Below are positions 49,527 through 61,498 of a stretch of DNA of 64,000 nt, one piece after another (position 1 is the stretch's first letter; the number at the start of each line of letters is the position of its first letter). Under the pieces are notes generated by a model, which saw only the letters and a program-made list of their open reading frames with translations, was not told the origin of the DNA and searched no databases. Source of the DNA: Basidiobolus meristosporus CBS 931.73 (lineage: Eukaryota > Fungi > Basidiobolomycota); NCBI GenBank assembly GCA_002104905.1, contig MCFE01000386.1:1-64000 (forward strand), in the 5' to 3' direction. The position numbers and the translations under genes are program-made.

Positions 49527-50236
49527 TATGTTGGGAAAAAGGTAGGATTATTGAACAAAGAAAAAGTAGATAAATTATCCTCTTTAGGATAGGAAAGGAG
49601 AGAGAATAAATGCACCCCTATGACACTTAAAAGGAAGCTATATGAAAGGGGTGAACACTCGATGGAAAATAGCCAATCTTCAGGGGGTCCGGTTTTTTTT
49701 TCAGTGTTTTCATGATTGGGCCTTTGAATGAAGTGAATTCCTTCAACTATGATTGTCTAATGAAGTCAACCGACACCAAGATTAATTTGATGAAACCCCA
49801 TATCGCAGTTTTTTCCGGAACGCAGAGGCAATCCATTGGTCCATCTTAGATAAGAACTACGAGAATAACCAAGCTAATATCCCTGGGGCACAAGCTCAGC
49901 CTACCATTGGCCCAATCTGGATTCTGACATGATTTTTTTTTATGTCTGCTTGAATGTTACTTACGGGCTAGTGTGGTGATTTTGATCTTGTATACATGGT
50001 TGTCCCAAAAAGGCTTTGTTGATCTTATGATATTAAGTGTTACTCTAAAGCTTATCGACCGCTAACTGGCTTAACTTATGCCTTGTTCCCATTGTTCGCA
50101 TTGTTCCTCGGTTTGCTCCATTTGCTCGGGATCTAATTGATTGGCTGGGTTGGTCGTGTCAAATGTCTCCGGAAAATACTTTTCTTTATTGCACTGTAAA
50201 CGTTGTGCTTGGCCAAAATCACTCATACCAAAGATC

Positions 50237-51171
50237 ATGTCCTCCAGAACTTATGCTGAACGCGCTGCTGCTCACCCCAATCCTCTGGCTAAAGGAGTTC
50301 CTAGAGCTTATGGAGCGCAAGAAGTCCAACCTTTCTATCGCTGCCGATGTGTCCAGCAAGAAGGAGCTCCTTGAGTTGGCCGACGTGTTGGGCCCCTACA
50401 TTTGTCTTTTCAAGGTTGCCTTTCTATGTCTTCAATTCTCTAACCTCACACCTGTCTGACCAGTTTTCGCCTCTCAGACCCACATTGATATTGTTGATGA
50501 CTTCGACCAAGATCTTGTGGACCAACTTTCCGCTTTGGCCTTGAAGCACGATTTCATGATTTTCGAGGACCGCAAGTTCGCTGATATCGGTTGGTGTTAA
50601 ATTTACCCACTGCTCTTGACTGCAATGAAGGCTTATCACGGGAAATTGTTGCTGACCACTAAACTCTCCAGGGAATACTGTCAAAAATCAATATTCTTCC
50701 GGGGTTTACCACATTGCTTCATGGTCTCATATCACCAACTGCCACCCACTTCCTGGTGAAGGGATTATCAGCGGCTTGAAAGAAGTCGGTCTCCCATTGA
50801 ACCGAGGCCTGCTTTTGCTCGCCGAGATGTCCTCTGCTGGTTCGTTGGCGACCGGTGAATATACCAAGATCTCTGTTGAGATGGCCCGTCGTCACAAAGA
50901 CTTCGTCATTGGATTTGTTGCCGGACGTCGCTTAACCGAGGAGTCCGAGAACTTCATCTATTTTACTCCTGGTGTTGGTCTTGATACTACCGGAGATGGC
51001 TTGGGCCAACAATACCGCACCCCCCGCAATGTGATTCTCGAGTGCGGCTCTGATGTGATTATTGTTGGACGTGGTATCTATGGTCCAGGCAAGGATCGTA
51101 TTGCCCAAGCTAAGCGTTATCGCGAGGCTGGGTGGAGCGCCTATTTAGAGAAGATCGGCCACTCTGCCTAA
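50237..51171 (+). CDS. URA3: Orotidine-5'-phosphate decarboxylase (introns; apparent +1 indel at ~50292)
   Basis: [25 protein letters not shown]|[51 protein letters not shown]. Confidence 0.95.
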
Positions 51172-51311
51172 GCTAAAGTGGGTACTATGTTTGGCTAATA
51201 AAAAACCCTATCCTCTCTTTGAAGGCATATACATGATATGTAAATAAAATGAATGATAAGGTTAAGATGGGAACATGCATTTATTTGTATATAGTGTTCT
51301 TCACCTTTACT

Positions 51312-51863
51312 TTATGATTCAACGCTCAATGTGGAAACTCCAATCAGCCCAACATCTTCTATTAACCCAGTGAGCCAGACGCTAATCTCAATCTGACCAA
51401 GTCTGTAGATCGCAAGATCACTGGACTGAAAGTATTGGTCAAAGACCTTCTTTAGGTTGGAAAACTTTGAAGAATCTTCGAGGGCGTCGAAGAAAGCCCC
51501 AAAGGAGGTTTGCGTTTCGGCAACAGGTGCGTCAAGTTTAATCAGCTGGGAGAATTCCTCGACGGACGGGAGTTTGGTGGTGGAGAGGCGCTTCTCGGAT
51601 ATTTTGCTGGATGGAATGAAGAAGAAGGTGAACGGATAGTCTGCTTCACTGATATAAAGCAAATCCTCGGTGGCGTCTAGGAGGTCGGTCCGGATCTGCT
51701 TCACCAACTCCGGATTCTTGCTGTGCTCGACCTCGACCTCGTCCTCGACCTCAGAAGCCTGACTTTCGTCTTGTGCGACATTTTCCTGGCGCTTTTGGGC
51801 AAGCTCCTTGTCGGTCTTGTTTTGTTTTTGAAGAAAAGCCAAGTAATCGGAATCTGAGCTCAT
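51312..51863 (-). CDS. Nuclease A inhibitor (NuiA)-like protein
   Basis: LLYISEADYPF, FF..L..KF..LKKVF and YRLGQIEISVWLTG..GLIGVSTLSVES follow the cyanobacterial NuiA pattern (LLFMSESEYPF..YRLGEVELDVYVIG..LAGISTKVVET); intronless. Confidence 0.8.
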   Translation of the reverse strand: MSSDSDYLAFLQKQNKTDKELAQKRQENVAQDESQASEVEDEVEVEHSKNPELVKQIRTDLLDATEDLLYISEADYPFTFFFIPSSKISEKRLSTTKLPSVEEFSQLIKLDAPVAETQTSFGAFFDALEDSSKFSNLKKVFDQYFQSSDLAIYRLGQIEISVWLTGLIEDVGLIGVSTLSVES

Positions 51864-52780
51864 TGTGGGTCAAGTCTAAGGTTGTCGAGAAAGGGATTTC
51901 GCTATTTTTACCAGCAGTGACTGTAGTTCGTCATAGCATAAATGCGGGTAAGTGTAATTCAAAAGTGCTGGTATGACATCACCAGATATTTGAGGCTTGG
52001 CGAAGAATTCAACTAACTAAAAATCGATGGTTATTTCTAAGAACTGGGCTAAAAATACGTCAAATTGATCATTGGAGAATTGATTTCAACTTCTCATTTT
52101 GATGCATAAATGATGGTTTCTAAATATACAGATCATGTAAGGGGGATGTATATCTCACGAAGTCCCATTAGGGGCAGCTTTGGTCTAAATAGGTGCAGCA
52201 TTAATTACTTGGTTGAGCTGTAGTTAGTAGAACCTACTGCATGTATAAAAAGGGGTCATGTGCCAGAAGTCACCATCGTGTAATTCCCTTTTCATTTCCA
52301 ACCCATATCCTCCCTTGGACCTAATGGACACAAACTGGTGTATAATATGCGACAAGCACACCCAGGTATGTTTATCCTCAAGACGTGTCCAACGACCAGA
52401 TTGCTAACTGAACATATGTCGATAGGGCGGTATCTATTGTAGTCACCAGTGTAAACTCCAAGACGCTCAATCATCCAGTCTATACTGTAATCACACTGGG
52501 GGGCACACTGGTAGGCCTAGGAGGGACAATGTAATCTCGACAAAAATTTGGTCCCCACGCCTCGTTAATAGAAGAAGGGGTTTTCGTTCTTCTGTATATA
52601 CAGAGAATGGTTCGCTTAATACCTCTATACGTACTTCGCCCTCTTTAGTACTTATTTTGTAAACATAATGTCAACCCATAGTGAAAACACCCCTGGCGGG
52701 ATTGCTTCACTAATAAAGCCTCCAGAATAATCACAACAGCGTACGTTTGTAAGCTCTTTATTCAAATATCATCAACAAAT

Positions 52781-54362
52781 TTACACAATGTAGGTTGAGC
52801 TACTCACATTTCCACCCTTTCCTGTCCAGTTGGTATGGACATAGGTACCTGGCTTGTCAAGTAGCTCGTAGGTATGTGCACCGAAATAGTCACGCTGTGC
52901 TTGCAGTAGGCTAGCAGGGAGAGTACCAGTGCGGTATCCATCATAGAAAGCTAACCCAGTAGAGATGGCGGGCAATGATATGCCAAGGGTGACCGCTTGT
53001 GAAACGACCACTCTCCAATCCTTATGGGATTCGGCAAGGGCTTTGCGGAAGAAATCATCAAATAGCAAGGATTCAAGTTTCTGGTTTTTTTGATAAGCGT
53101 TTCGGATGTCTCCCAAGAAGGCACTTCTGATAATACAGCCACCACGCCACATAAGAGCAATGCCGCCATAGTTAAGCTCCCAATCATTTTCTTTGGCCGC
53201 TTCTCTTAACAACATGAAGCCTTGAGTGTATGAAATAATCTTGGAAGCGTATAACGCTTTGCCTATTTGTCTGGTAAATTCCTTCTTGTCGCCGGTAAAT
53301 TTGGCGTCTGGGCCATCTAGAATTTTACTGGCCCTTACACGCTCATCTTTCAGTGCTGAGAGACAGCGCGAGAACACAGCTTCTCCAATCAAGGTGATAG
53401 GAACGCCCATGTCGAGGGCAGATATGGCAGTCCACTTTCCTGTTCCCTTTTGGCCAGCAGTGTCGCGAATCTTGGTGACGAGGGGCTTGCCGTCGGTATC
53501 CTTGAATCTTACGATGTCGCGGGTGATTTCAATCAGGTACGAATCCAATTCACCTTTGTTCCATCCCTCAAAGACATCGCCTATTTCTTCATGGGTAAGG
53601 CCAAGTCCATCCTTCAGCAGGCTGTAGGCTTCGCAAATTAATTGCATATCACCATACTCGATTCCGTTGTGGACCATCTTGACATAGTGCCCGGCACCTG
53701 TGCCGCCAACCCAGTCACAGCAGGGCTCGCCATCAGCTTTGGCGGAAATCGCTTGGAAGATCGGTCTGATGTGTTCCCAGGCCTGGACGGAGCCTCCAGG
53801 CATAAGACTTGGGCCATATCGTGCCCCTTCTTCACCACCCGAAACGCCACAGCCAACAAAGTAGAATCCCTTGGATTCAAGCTCTTTACATCTCCGAAGA
53901 GTATCGGGAAAGTGGGAGTTACCACCATCAATGATGATGTCGCCCTTTTCCAAGTGGGGGACGATCTGTTCAATGAATGAGTCCACAGCAGAACCGGCCT
54001 TGACCATCAACATCACTCTTCTGGGGCTCTTTAGCTTTTTGCACATCTCCTCGATACTGTGGGCTCCGATGATCTTTGTTCCTACAGAGTATTACCAATA
54101 TAAATACGCATCTACGACAGGCCAGAGCCGGAGATACTCACCCTTTGCTTCGTTGTTCAAAAAGTCATCGACCTTCGATACGGTTCTGTTGAATGCACAG
54201 ACAACGAATCCATGGTCATTCATGTTGAGGATTAAGTTCTGACCCATCACGGCGAGGCCGATCACGGCAATATCGGCACTAGACACACAAAGAGCGAGGT
54301 TAGTTCCAGAGCTTGCACTGTGGATAGTTTAGAAAGCTCACTGACGTAGCATCTTTGGACAT
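52781..54362 (-). CDS. GND1: 6-phosphogluconate dehydrogenase, decarboxylating (2 introns)
   Basis: MSKDAT|ADIAVIGLAVMGQNL, IIDGGNS, GVSGGEEGA, KMVHNGIEYGDMQ, QKGTGKW, QAQRDYFGAH. Confidence 0.97.
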
Positions 54363-54972
54363 TTTGGACGGGTTTGATATGAAAACAAGAGTATTCGGTT
54401 TTGTCGGGCTGGTCTTGCCTCGTATTTATATGGATACCGGGGAGATGACGAATAAGCTGACGTTTATCTTCACCAAGTTCCATTTGTTGTTGGGTATCTC
54501 TTTACTAAGATTCGGATTACAAAAAACAATACCGATTAACCCGCTTTGAAACCAGCCACTAAGACTGGCTACTGAGAGATGGATGGGCACCCGTGTGCTG
54601 GTGATTGGGACATAAATAACCCAGTCACAAATGGCATGTTATTGATGTTCTATTGGGCTGGATGAGTGAGCGTATAATCACATCAATTTACCCAACCAAG
54701 CAACTGGCGTCGGCTAATTATCACAATTTAGAGGGTATTTCCGTTCGAGTGAGGGTTGCCATCATGTTCAATGCTAAGATTATTTCAATACGTAATCTCA
54801 AATAGGCTGGTCTCGAATCGGTGTTTGATTGGTTCTCTCCATCATAGTAACTCGAATGAGTGGCAGCAATTGCTGAGAGTACGTGATAACGATCAGAATC
54901 AGTAATCGTGTTGTATATAGGAGTTTGGGTACTCTTTGTTTCTTCGTAATATACTCTCAAGCTCTTGAAACA

Positions 54973-57188
54973 ATGCCAGTCTTAAAAGGTAGCTCCCTCA
55001 CCGTTTCTTGCTCGACTGTATCAATACTAAATGTTACGACTCCAGTGAACGTGAAATGGGCTGGAAAGAAGTTCGACAACATTGAACTAAATCCGGACGA
55101 ATCTCCAGCATTGTTCAAAGCCCAGCTGTATACACTGACAGGTGTTGAACCAGAGCGGCAGAAGATTCTCGTCAAGGGCGGAACCCTAAAGGTGACTAGC
55201 GTTTATTGCTTCCTTAGTATCTGGATAGCGCTGATGAATTATTTCTAGGATGACACGGATCTTAACAAGCTCAATCTCAAACAAGTATGAATTTCCTATT
55301 GTTTATTTATTTTGGCCGCTAATTAACGTACCTCTCAAGGGCCACACATTCATGGTAACATTCGCCAACGTCATGTACTTTGCGAGAATCTCTATTTAAC
55401 TCGTTCATGAAGATGATGGGCACTGCTGGTGAACTTCCAAAAGCCCCAGAAAAGCCGATCGTGTTTATGGAGGACATGTCGGATAACGAACTTGCCCGTG
55501 CTGTACGTAAATCCTGCTATGGAATCTGTCTCTTCTCATTACTCAACTTTCAACCTAGCTCGAGGTACCAATGGGCCTTCAGAATCTTGGAAACACATGC
55601 TACATGGTTAGTGTTACTTGACATAGTGGGTGTGGTTGTGCCACTTTTTCTAATGTGTGCTTGGCTAGAATTCAACACTGCAATGCCTTCGAGTGATGCC
55701 CGAATTAAAGGAATCGTTGAACAGGTAAACCGGTGAAAATCAACCACATACTTGCAAGCAGCTAACTGACCGGACTCGGACTTAGATTTAATGGCAATGT
55801 TGTTGGTGGTGTCGACCCATCCAATAATCTTGTGGCTTCGTTGAGAGACTTGTTCAAGCAGCTCGACCAATCTGGGGATAGCATAGCACCATTGGTGTTT
55901 CTCCAGATGTTGAGAACCGTATACCCTAAATTCTCTCAACAGGAAGCCGGGGGGATTTTCATGCAGCAAGATGCTGAGGAGTGTTGGACCTCTCTCGTAT
56001 CAGTACTGAAAGAAAAGTTGGGCTCGTCTGTAGATGCCCAAAACTTCGTCGACCAGTACATGTACGGAGAATTCACCACAACGTAAGAGTTGCTACCTGG
56101 ATTGAGTCAATCGTATACGCTACTCACTCTTCTTTAGTCTGAAATGTGACGAGAACGCTGAGGAAGAGCCTTCGATCTCCGCCGAGCAATTCGCCAAGTT
56201 GGACTGCTTTATTTCCGGACGTAAGTGTGTTCATTTGATTTCGTGTTCGTCGCGGTATGCTGATTTGCTTCAAACCAGAAACCAACTTCATGCAGCAGGG
56301 CATTACTGAGGTGAGCATTTACAGCCGTATCTATCCCTGGGTCATGCTAATTTGTACCCCTAGGGCCTCGAGCAAAAGATCGAGAAGAATTCGCCCTCTC
56401 TGGGTCGGTCTGCCTCGTACACCAAATCATCCAAAGTCAGCCGGTTGCCAGCCTATCTTGCCGTCAACTTCGTCAGATTCTTCTGGAAGCCCACTGAGCG
56501 CATCAAGACCAAGATTCTCAGAGTAAATACATTCGACTGTCTCTTACTAGTTTGCCCTCGCTCATGACCATAACCTTCACGCAGAAAGTCAAATTCCCCT
56601 TCGATTTGGATATGACACAATTCTGCACGCCAGATCTTCAAGAAAAAATCGCCCCTGTCAAGAGCAGGCTTCTAGAGCTTGAAGACAAGCGCCAAGCGGA
56701 AGTGGTAAGTGTTATCACTGCAGTGGATTGGCCAGAAAATGTATTGAGTCGTCTCCTCCTTAGCGTAAGGCCAAGCTCGCCAAAAGCAACCCTGGCACTG
56801 GAGAAAGCAGCACCAGCATGGATGTTGACCAACCCGTAGAAGAGGCGGTCTCTTTTGACGACATCATGCACAAGGACTTGGCATCTGATCTGGGCTGTAA
56901 CCCAAGTGGACAATACGAGCTTTGCGCTGTGCTAACTCACATGGGCAGAACTGCCGATTCTGGGCATTACATCGCCTGGGTCAAGAAAGCAGACAGCGGT
57001 ATGTAACATCGAAGCACCACAGAGAGCCCATGGTTGCGAGCTGACCTTTTTGCATTACAGACGACTGGCTGAAATACGACGACGACAAAGTGTCCATTGT
57101 CAAGCAAGACGAGATCACCAAGCTAGATGGCGGTGGGGACTGGCACATCGCGTACATCTGCCTCTACCGCTCCAAAAAACTTGCTTAA
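54973..57188 (+). CDS. UBP6: Proteasome-associated deubiquitinase Ubp6/USP14 (multi-exon)
   Basis: N-terminal Ubl (VKWAGKKF, VEPERQKILVKGG), MMGT, GNTCY Cys box, QQDAEEC, GQYELCAVLTHMGRTADSGHY, GGGDWHIAYICLY. Confidence 0.95.
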
Positions 57189-57429
57189 GAGCCTTAGCCT
57201 CATATCCAAGAAATTTTTATTCATAATAAAGTTGGTTAGCAGTAAATAGTAAATCATTTTCCTACGGGATGTGTTATGCACAGCGCGTGGAGCAAGGAAA
57301 AATCATCTCCGACTGAGTTTGGTCGTCCCAAACGAGATGAGAACTGCTGTTTCAGCTCTGATACGTCTGGTGGGCGGTATAAATACCGGAGTGCGAGGTA
57401 GCCTTCAAGCCAGTATTCGTTTGTTGACC

Positions 57430-57606
57430 ATGCGAGGCGAGTTGTTGTATATATTTTCGATCGTTTTCCTGATGAATAGAGTGCTAGATGCCAAGAACCT
57501 CCCTACGCAGAGGGACATCGACTGGGGAGCAGTAAGCCTGGACTCTGAATATCCGTTTTCGCCTGTTTACGACGAAGAGGCAGAGAAGCTGGATCTGCAA
57601 ACGTAG
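57430..57606 (+). CDS. Possible small secreted peptide (58 aa)
   Basis: TATAAATA about 50 bp upstream; MRGELLYIFSIVFLMNRVLDA resembles a signal peptide; acidic remainder. Confidence 0.35.
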   Translation: MRGELLYIFSIVFLMNRVLDAKNLPTQRDIDWGAVSLDSEYPFSPVYDEEAEKLDLQT

Positions 57607-57843
57607 TTAAGAGAGTTGGGAACCTCTGTATACGCGCATTTTGAATAAATCTACCAAACTTGGGTTAGGCTGGTGCCATCATTGAATTTCATGGTTTCCA
57701 TCCAATCGACCGTCGATGAAAGGAGATTGGCAGAATCATTATATCGTTCGATACATGTAACCATGTCAGCATTGGCATTTTCCTCGTATATCTAGTATTT
57801 TCTGTGCGAGTAGGCCCTCGACGTACTCTATCTTCAACCAACC

Positions 57844-59197
57844 ATGGACTCCTTCTCAAACTTCAGTCAAAAGTTGAACCCACTTGCAAGGAAGCTCACC
57901 CAGGGCTTCGGTCAGGCCAGACAGGTATACTCATGTCACGCTGGACCCAGCCCATCTCTTTGATTAATCCAGGTTTCCTGCTAGCTTGCCCAAGAAAAAT
58001 TCGGCGGTGCTGGTGAGATCACCGAGCTCCCCCAGGAGTACCTTGAACTGGAAAAGGTAGGCAAATTCGACTTGCGAGCCGACTGCTTCTTCTGCTAATT
58101 GTCATCTACCTCATGTGTGATCCTTTCCCCCGGTACAATAGAGAGTAGATGCCATCCGCAACGTTCACGTTAACCTTCTTAAAGTCACCCGTGTCTTCAT
58201 GTCCGAGAACTACGATTATCCTGCACAAATCCAAGATTCCATTGTTGATGTGTCCCGTTCCCTGGTGAAGGAGTTCAAACACGTTGCCTTGGGAGAAAAC
58301 GAGCAGGAAGGCCTCGTAGCCGAGGAGCCACCAAAAACCCTGAGCCATGCTCTTGCACGCGCATCAGCTCAAGGGGCTGAGGAAGTCGGCCTCGAGGAGC
58401 CTTTGGGTATGTCCAGTTGACTTCTCGATAATGTTTAAGCGTCTTGCCACTTACACTTGGTTAACTTCCAGGCGCTGCCTTGTTCAAATACTCCACTACC
58501 CAGGAGAAGTTGGGTGCCGAGAGAATGAAGATGGTAAATTACACTGACATTGGTAACGCTTGAGCTGTGGGAAGCTAAGCTAGTTCTATTGTCACCCTAG
58601 GACAATGACATCATGAAGAGATTCATCCAGCCTTTCAACACCACCCTAAACAACAACATCCAGTTCGCCATGGTAAGAGGCGGTCAGGATCCCCCTCGCC
58701 GAGGCCGGCACACTAACTGGGCCTTTATTTTGATGTCTGCATGCAGAAAGCTCGCAAAAGAGTGTATGCCGCCCGACTAAACCTGGACGCTTTCAAGACT
58801 AACATGAAGAACTCCAAGCCCGAGAAGATTGAGGCGGTAAATTCACAAATCATCCAAGGCTTATGTTGTCAATGATATATACTAATCGGCATCTTTAGAT
58901 CAAACTGGAGGTCGAACAAGCCGAGGAGGAGCTCCACGTAGCCCTTGATGAGGCGATGGGCATGATGAAATCAGTCATCGAAACGGTATGAGATTTGAAT
59001 CGCCTTCTGCCAATTGACTCTTGCCAGACCGCTAAACCTCCTTCCATCAGCCTGAGCCATTGCGCAACCTCGCCGACCTGGTTGCCGCCCAGCTGGCATA
59101 CTACAAGCAGGGCTTCGAGCTTCTCTCCGAGATTGCACCGGAGATCGATGAGATGCAAGTCACACAAGAGGCCTTGTACAGAAATAGCAGAGAATGA
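57844..59197 (+). CDS. GVP36: BAR-domain protein, Gvp36 family (multi-exon)
   Basis: AQEKFG..EITELPQEYLELEK|RVDA, ENYDYP, PKTLSHALARA, ARKRVYAARL.LD, EQAEEE..A.DEAM..MK, AQLAYYK. Confidence 0.85.
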
Positions 59198-59344
59198 TTT
59201 ATTCAAGTGTTTGTTACAAGCAACCAAATGGCATTTCCAATTTTTCCCTAGTAAAGACCCAAAGTTAGCCATTCTTGATGCGTTGGTTGTTTTGTGTTGG
59301 GATGGAATGAACAAGGCCCGGAGGGGGGGGGCGGTGTTGTCTCG

Positions 59345-59861
59345 TTATTTGCCTTCTAACAAGACCTGGGCGATGGCGTACTCTCCATCGTGGGACACTG
59401 AAACATGGGATTCCTTGATGCCACGGCTCTCGGCGTCAAGAATATTCAGATAGGGCTTTCCTGTGGTTGGTCAGAGTTAACAAAGTCGTCACCCACACAG
59501 GAGCGATGGATACGTACCGTCCACCTTATATACAGTCACCTCGTTCCAGGTTAGTTTCTCCCGAGGGAACAGGGCCTTGTAAGCGGCCTCTTTGATGGCA
59601 AACCTGTCAGACGTTTAACATGGATGAAGTTGGCCGAGCATATCCTTTGTAGCAAGGTTACCTAGTCCCCAGATACTTGACTACCTCGTTGTCTACCCGG
59701 TACTGGTCCTCCCCTTCTTGAGGAGACAGCTCCTGGAATTCGGTGAATTCGGCCGGCGACAGCACACGACGCGCGAAGCTCAGACAAGCGTAAGGATTTT
59801 TTGTGAGAAGCTGTTGGATTCTCGGTAGATGCACCAAGTCCACACCGATGCCAAGAATCAT
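59345..59861 (-). CDS. AcpS-type phosphopantetheinyl transferase (holo-ACP synthase, PPT2-like; 2 introns)
   Basis: MILGIGVDLVHLPRI, R|FAIKEAAYKAL, G|KP, HVSVSHDGEYAIAQV. Confidence 0.9.
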
Positions 59862-60041
59862 GCTTTCGACTGCGCACTAACACTCAAAGTTCCCGCCAAC
59901 CCAGCACTTGGATGGAGCAAGATAACGACCTGCGGACAGGATTCATGGGGAGAATTTTTTAATCAGATTGGATAGAATCGCATTTATCTATAGGAATTGG
60001 GTGGATTATCGAGGGCAATGCGGATGCGCATCCATGCTAAA

Positions 60042-61157
60042 TCACTGGTCGGCGAACTTCCGCTTGGGGATCACCTGGGTGAACGCCTGCTCCCAGTCCT
60101 TGCATTCTAGGTATTTGACCAGGATTTCAAACACTGCCAATGTACGTTCAGAAAGGGTGACATATGGAGGGATATCGAGGTGACGTACCGTGGTTGACAG
60201 CCAGCACCTTACGCGAGGCAAGCTTGACGAAGTCACCTATCGGCAACTGGGCCGTTTCAATCCCCTGTTTCTGGGCTTTGTCGTAGGTCAGGTGCTAGAG
60301 AATACGGAGGGGGGCTTGGTAAGAAGGTGACTGCCTCGTAGAGTACGGAATGCTGAGGTTCGGTTGCTTACCTTGTACCTATTCTTGTCCACGATGCCTC
60401 CCACGATGTAGACCTTCGACTCGTCAAGCTCGTGGACCACGTTGGGCGAATCGGCGGTAAGATAAACCAGTTTTTCGCTTGGAAAGAGGTCAAGGTAATC
60501 CTCGGTCTCCACCGAGATTCGGCTCCAATTCCTCCAGTCGGTGATATGTTCGAACCGACTCTGGAGGACCCCACTCAGACCGGTCAACACCAGGTTGACC
60601 GGATGTTTGCACACTTTGTTGGCTGAGTAGCAACGTCGAATCTGACTGTGTAGTGAGGCCACCTCCTATAGCGAAGGGAGCGGGTTAACTTTCCGTCAAG
60701 TCGAGTTGCGTCCAAGACGTACCTTCTCACTCATAAGCTCGTCGTAATCGAGATCGACCACGATGCTCAGCTCACTGGGCTCCTGGGTCACCGGGGCCTT
60801 CTTCTCGGGTGGAGGAAGTATCCCTAACGAACGGTAAAACCTACTTTAGCTCGGGGCACTTCGCCGGACCGATGAAAGGAGCCATTTACCGGCCTGGATG
60901 AGCTCGTGCTTCTCCTTCTTTTTCTCCTTCAGCTTCAGCCTCTTCTGGAGCTTCCACTCCTCCCGCGTTATCTCCCTCAATTTGTTTCGGACCGCTTTCT
61001 TCGCGGCGTTCTTGGTCAACCCCTCCACATCAACACCCAGGTCCGCCGCCTGCTGCTCGATTGAGGGGCAGTGGAATATCTCCTTTGGCTCGCTCAACGA
61101 CAACCCTTCCACTGAAGGAATCTCAACAACCGTCGGAGTCGAGGCCACTTCCTGCAT
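60042..61157 (-). CDS. TRM10: tRNA m1G9 methyltransferase (multi-exon)
   Basis: [14 protein letters not shown]|[55 protein letters not shown]. Confidence 0.93.
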
Positions 61158-61498
61158 TTCTGAATAAAAGGAACACTCGTTTGAGGGAGAAATACAAATA
61201 CCCGGCAATAGTCCAAGTGACTGCTCGCCCGCGACAGAAGTAAATCAATCGTCTATTTTATTGGGTCATCTCCAAAGAAAAAAATCCACCAGAAGATCCA
61301 ATCATGGAGTAAGTCGGACCTTCCCATCCCATCTCTCTCCAACTTTCCAAGCCAAAGCAAGACGAAATAAAGGTACCCATCTGGTCGTTCAATAAATATT
61401 TGGGTGGTGTTTGACCGCGAACGAAGAAACATCGGCAATAAACGAAATTAAAGTACACAAAGCAGTAATGCTACAAATAGACTTGGCAACTAGATTGA

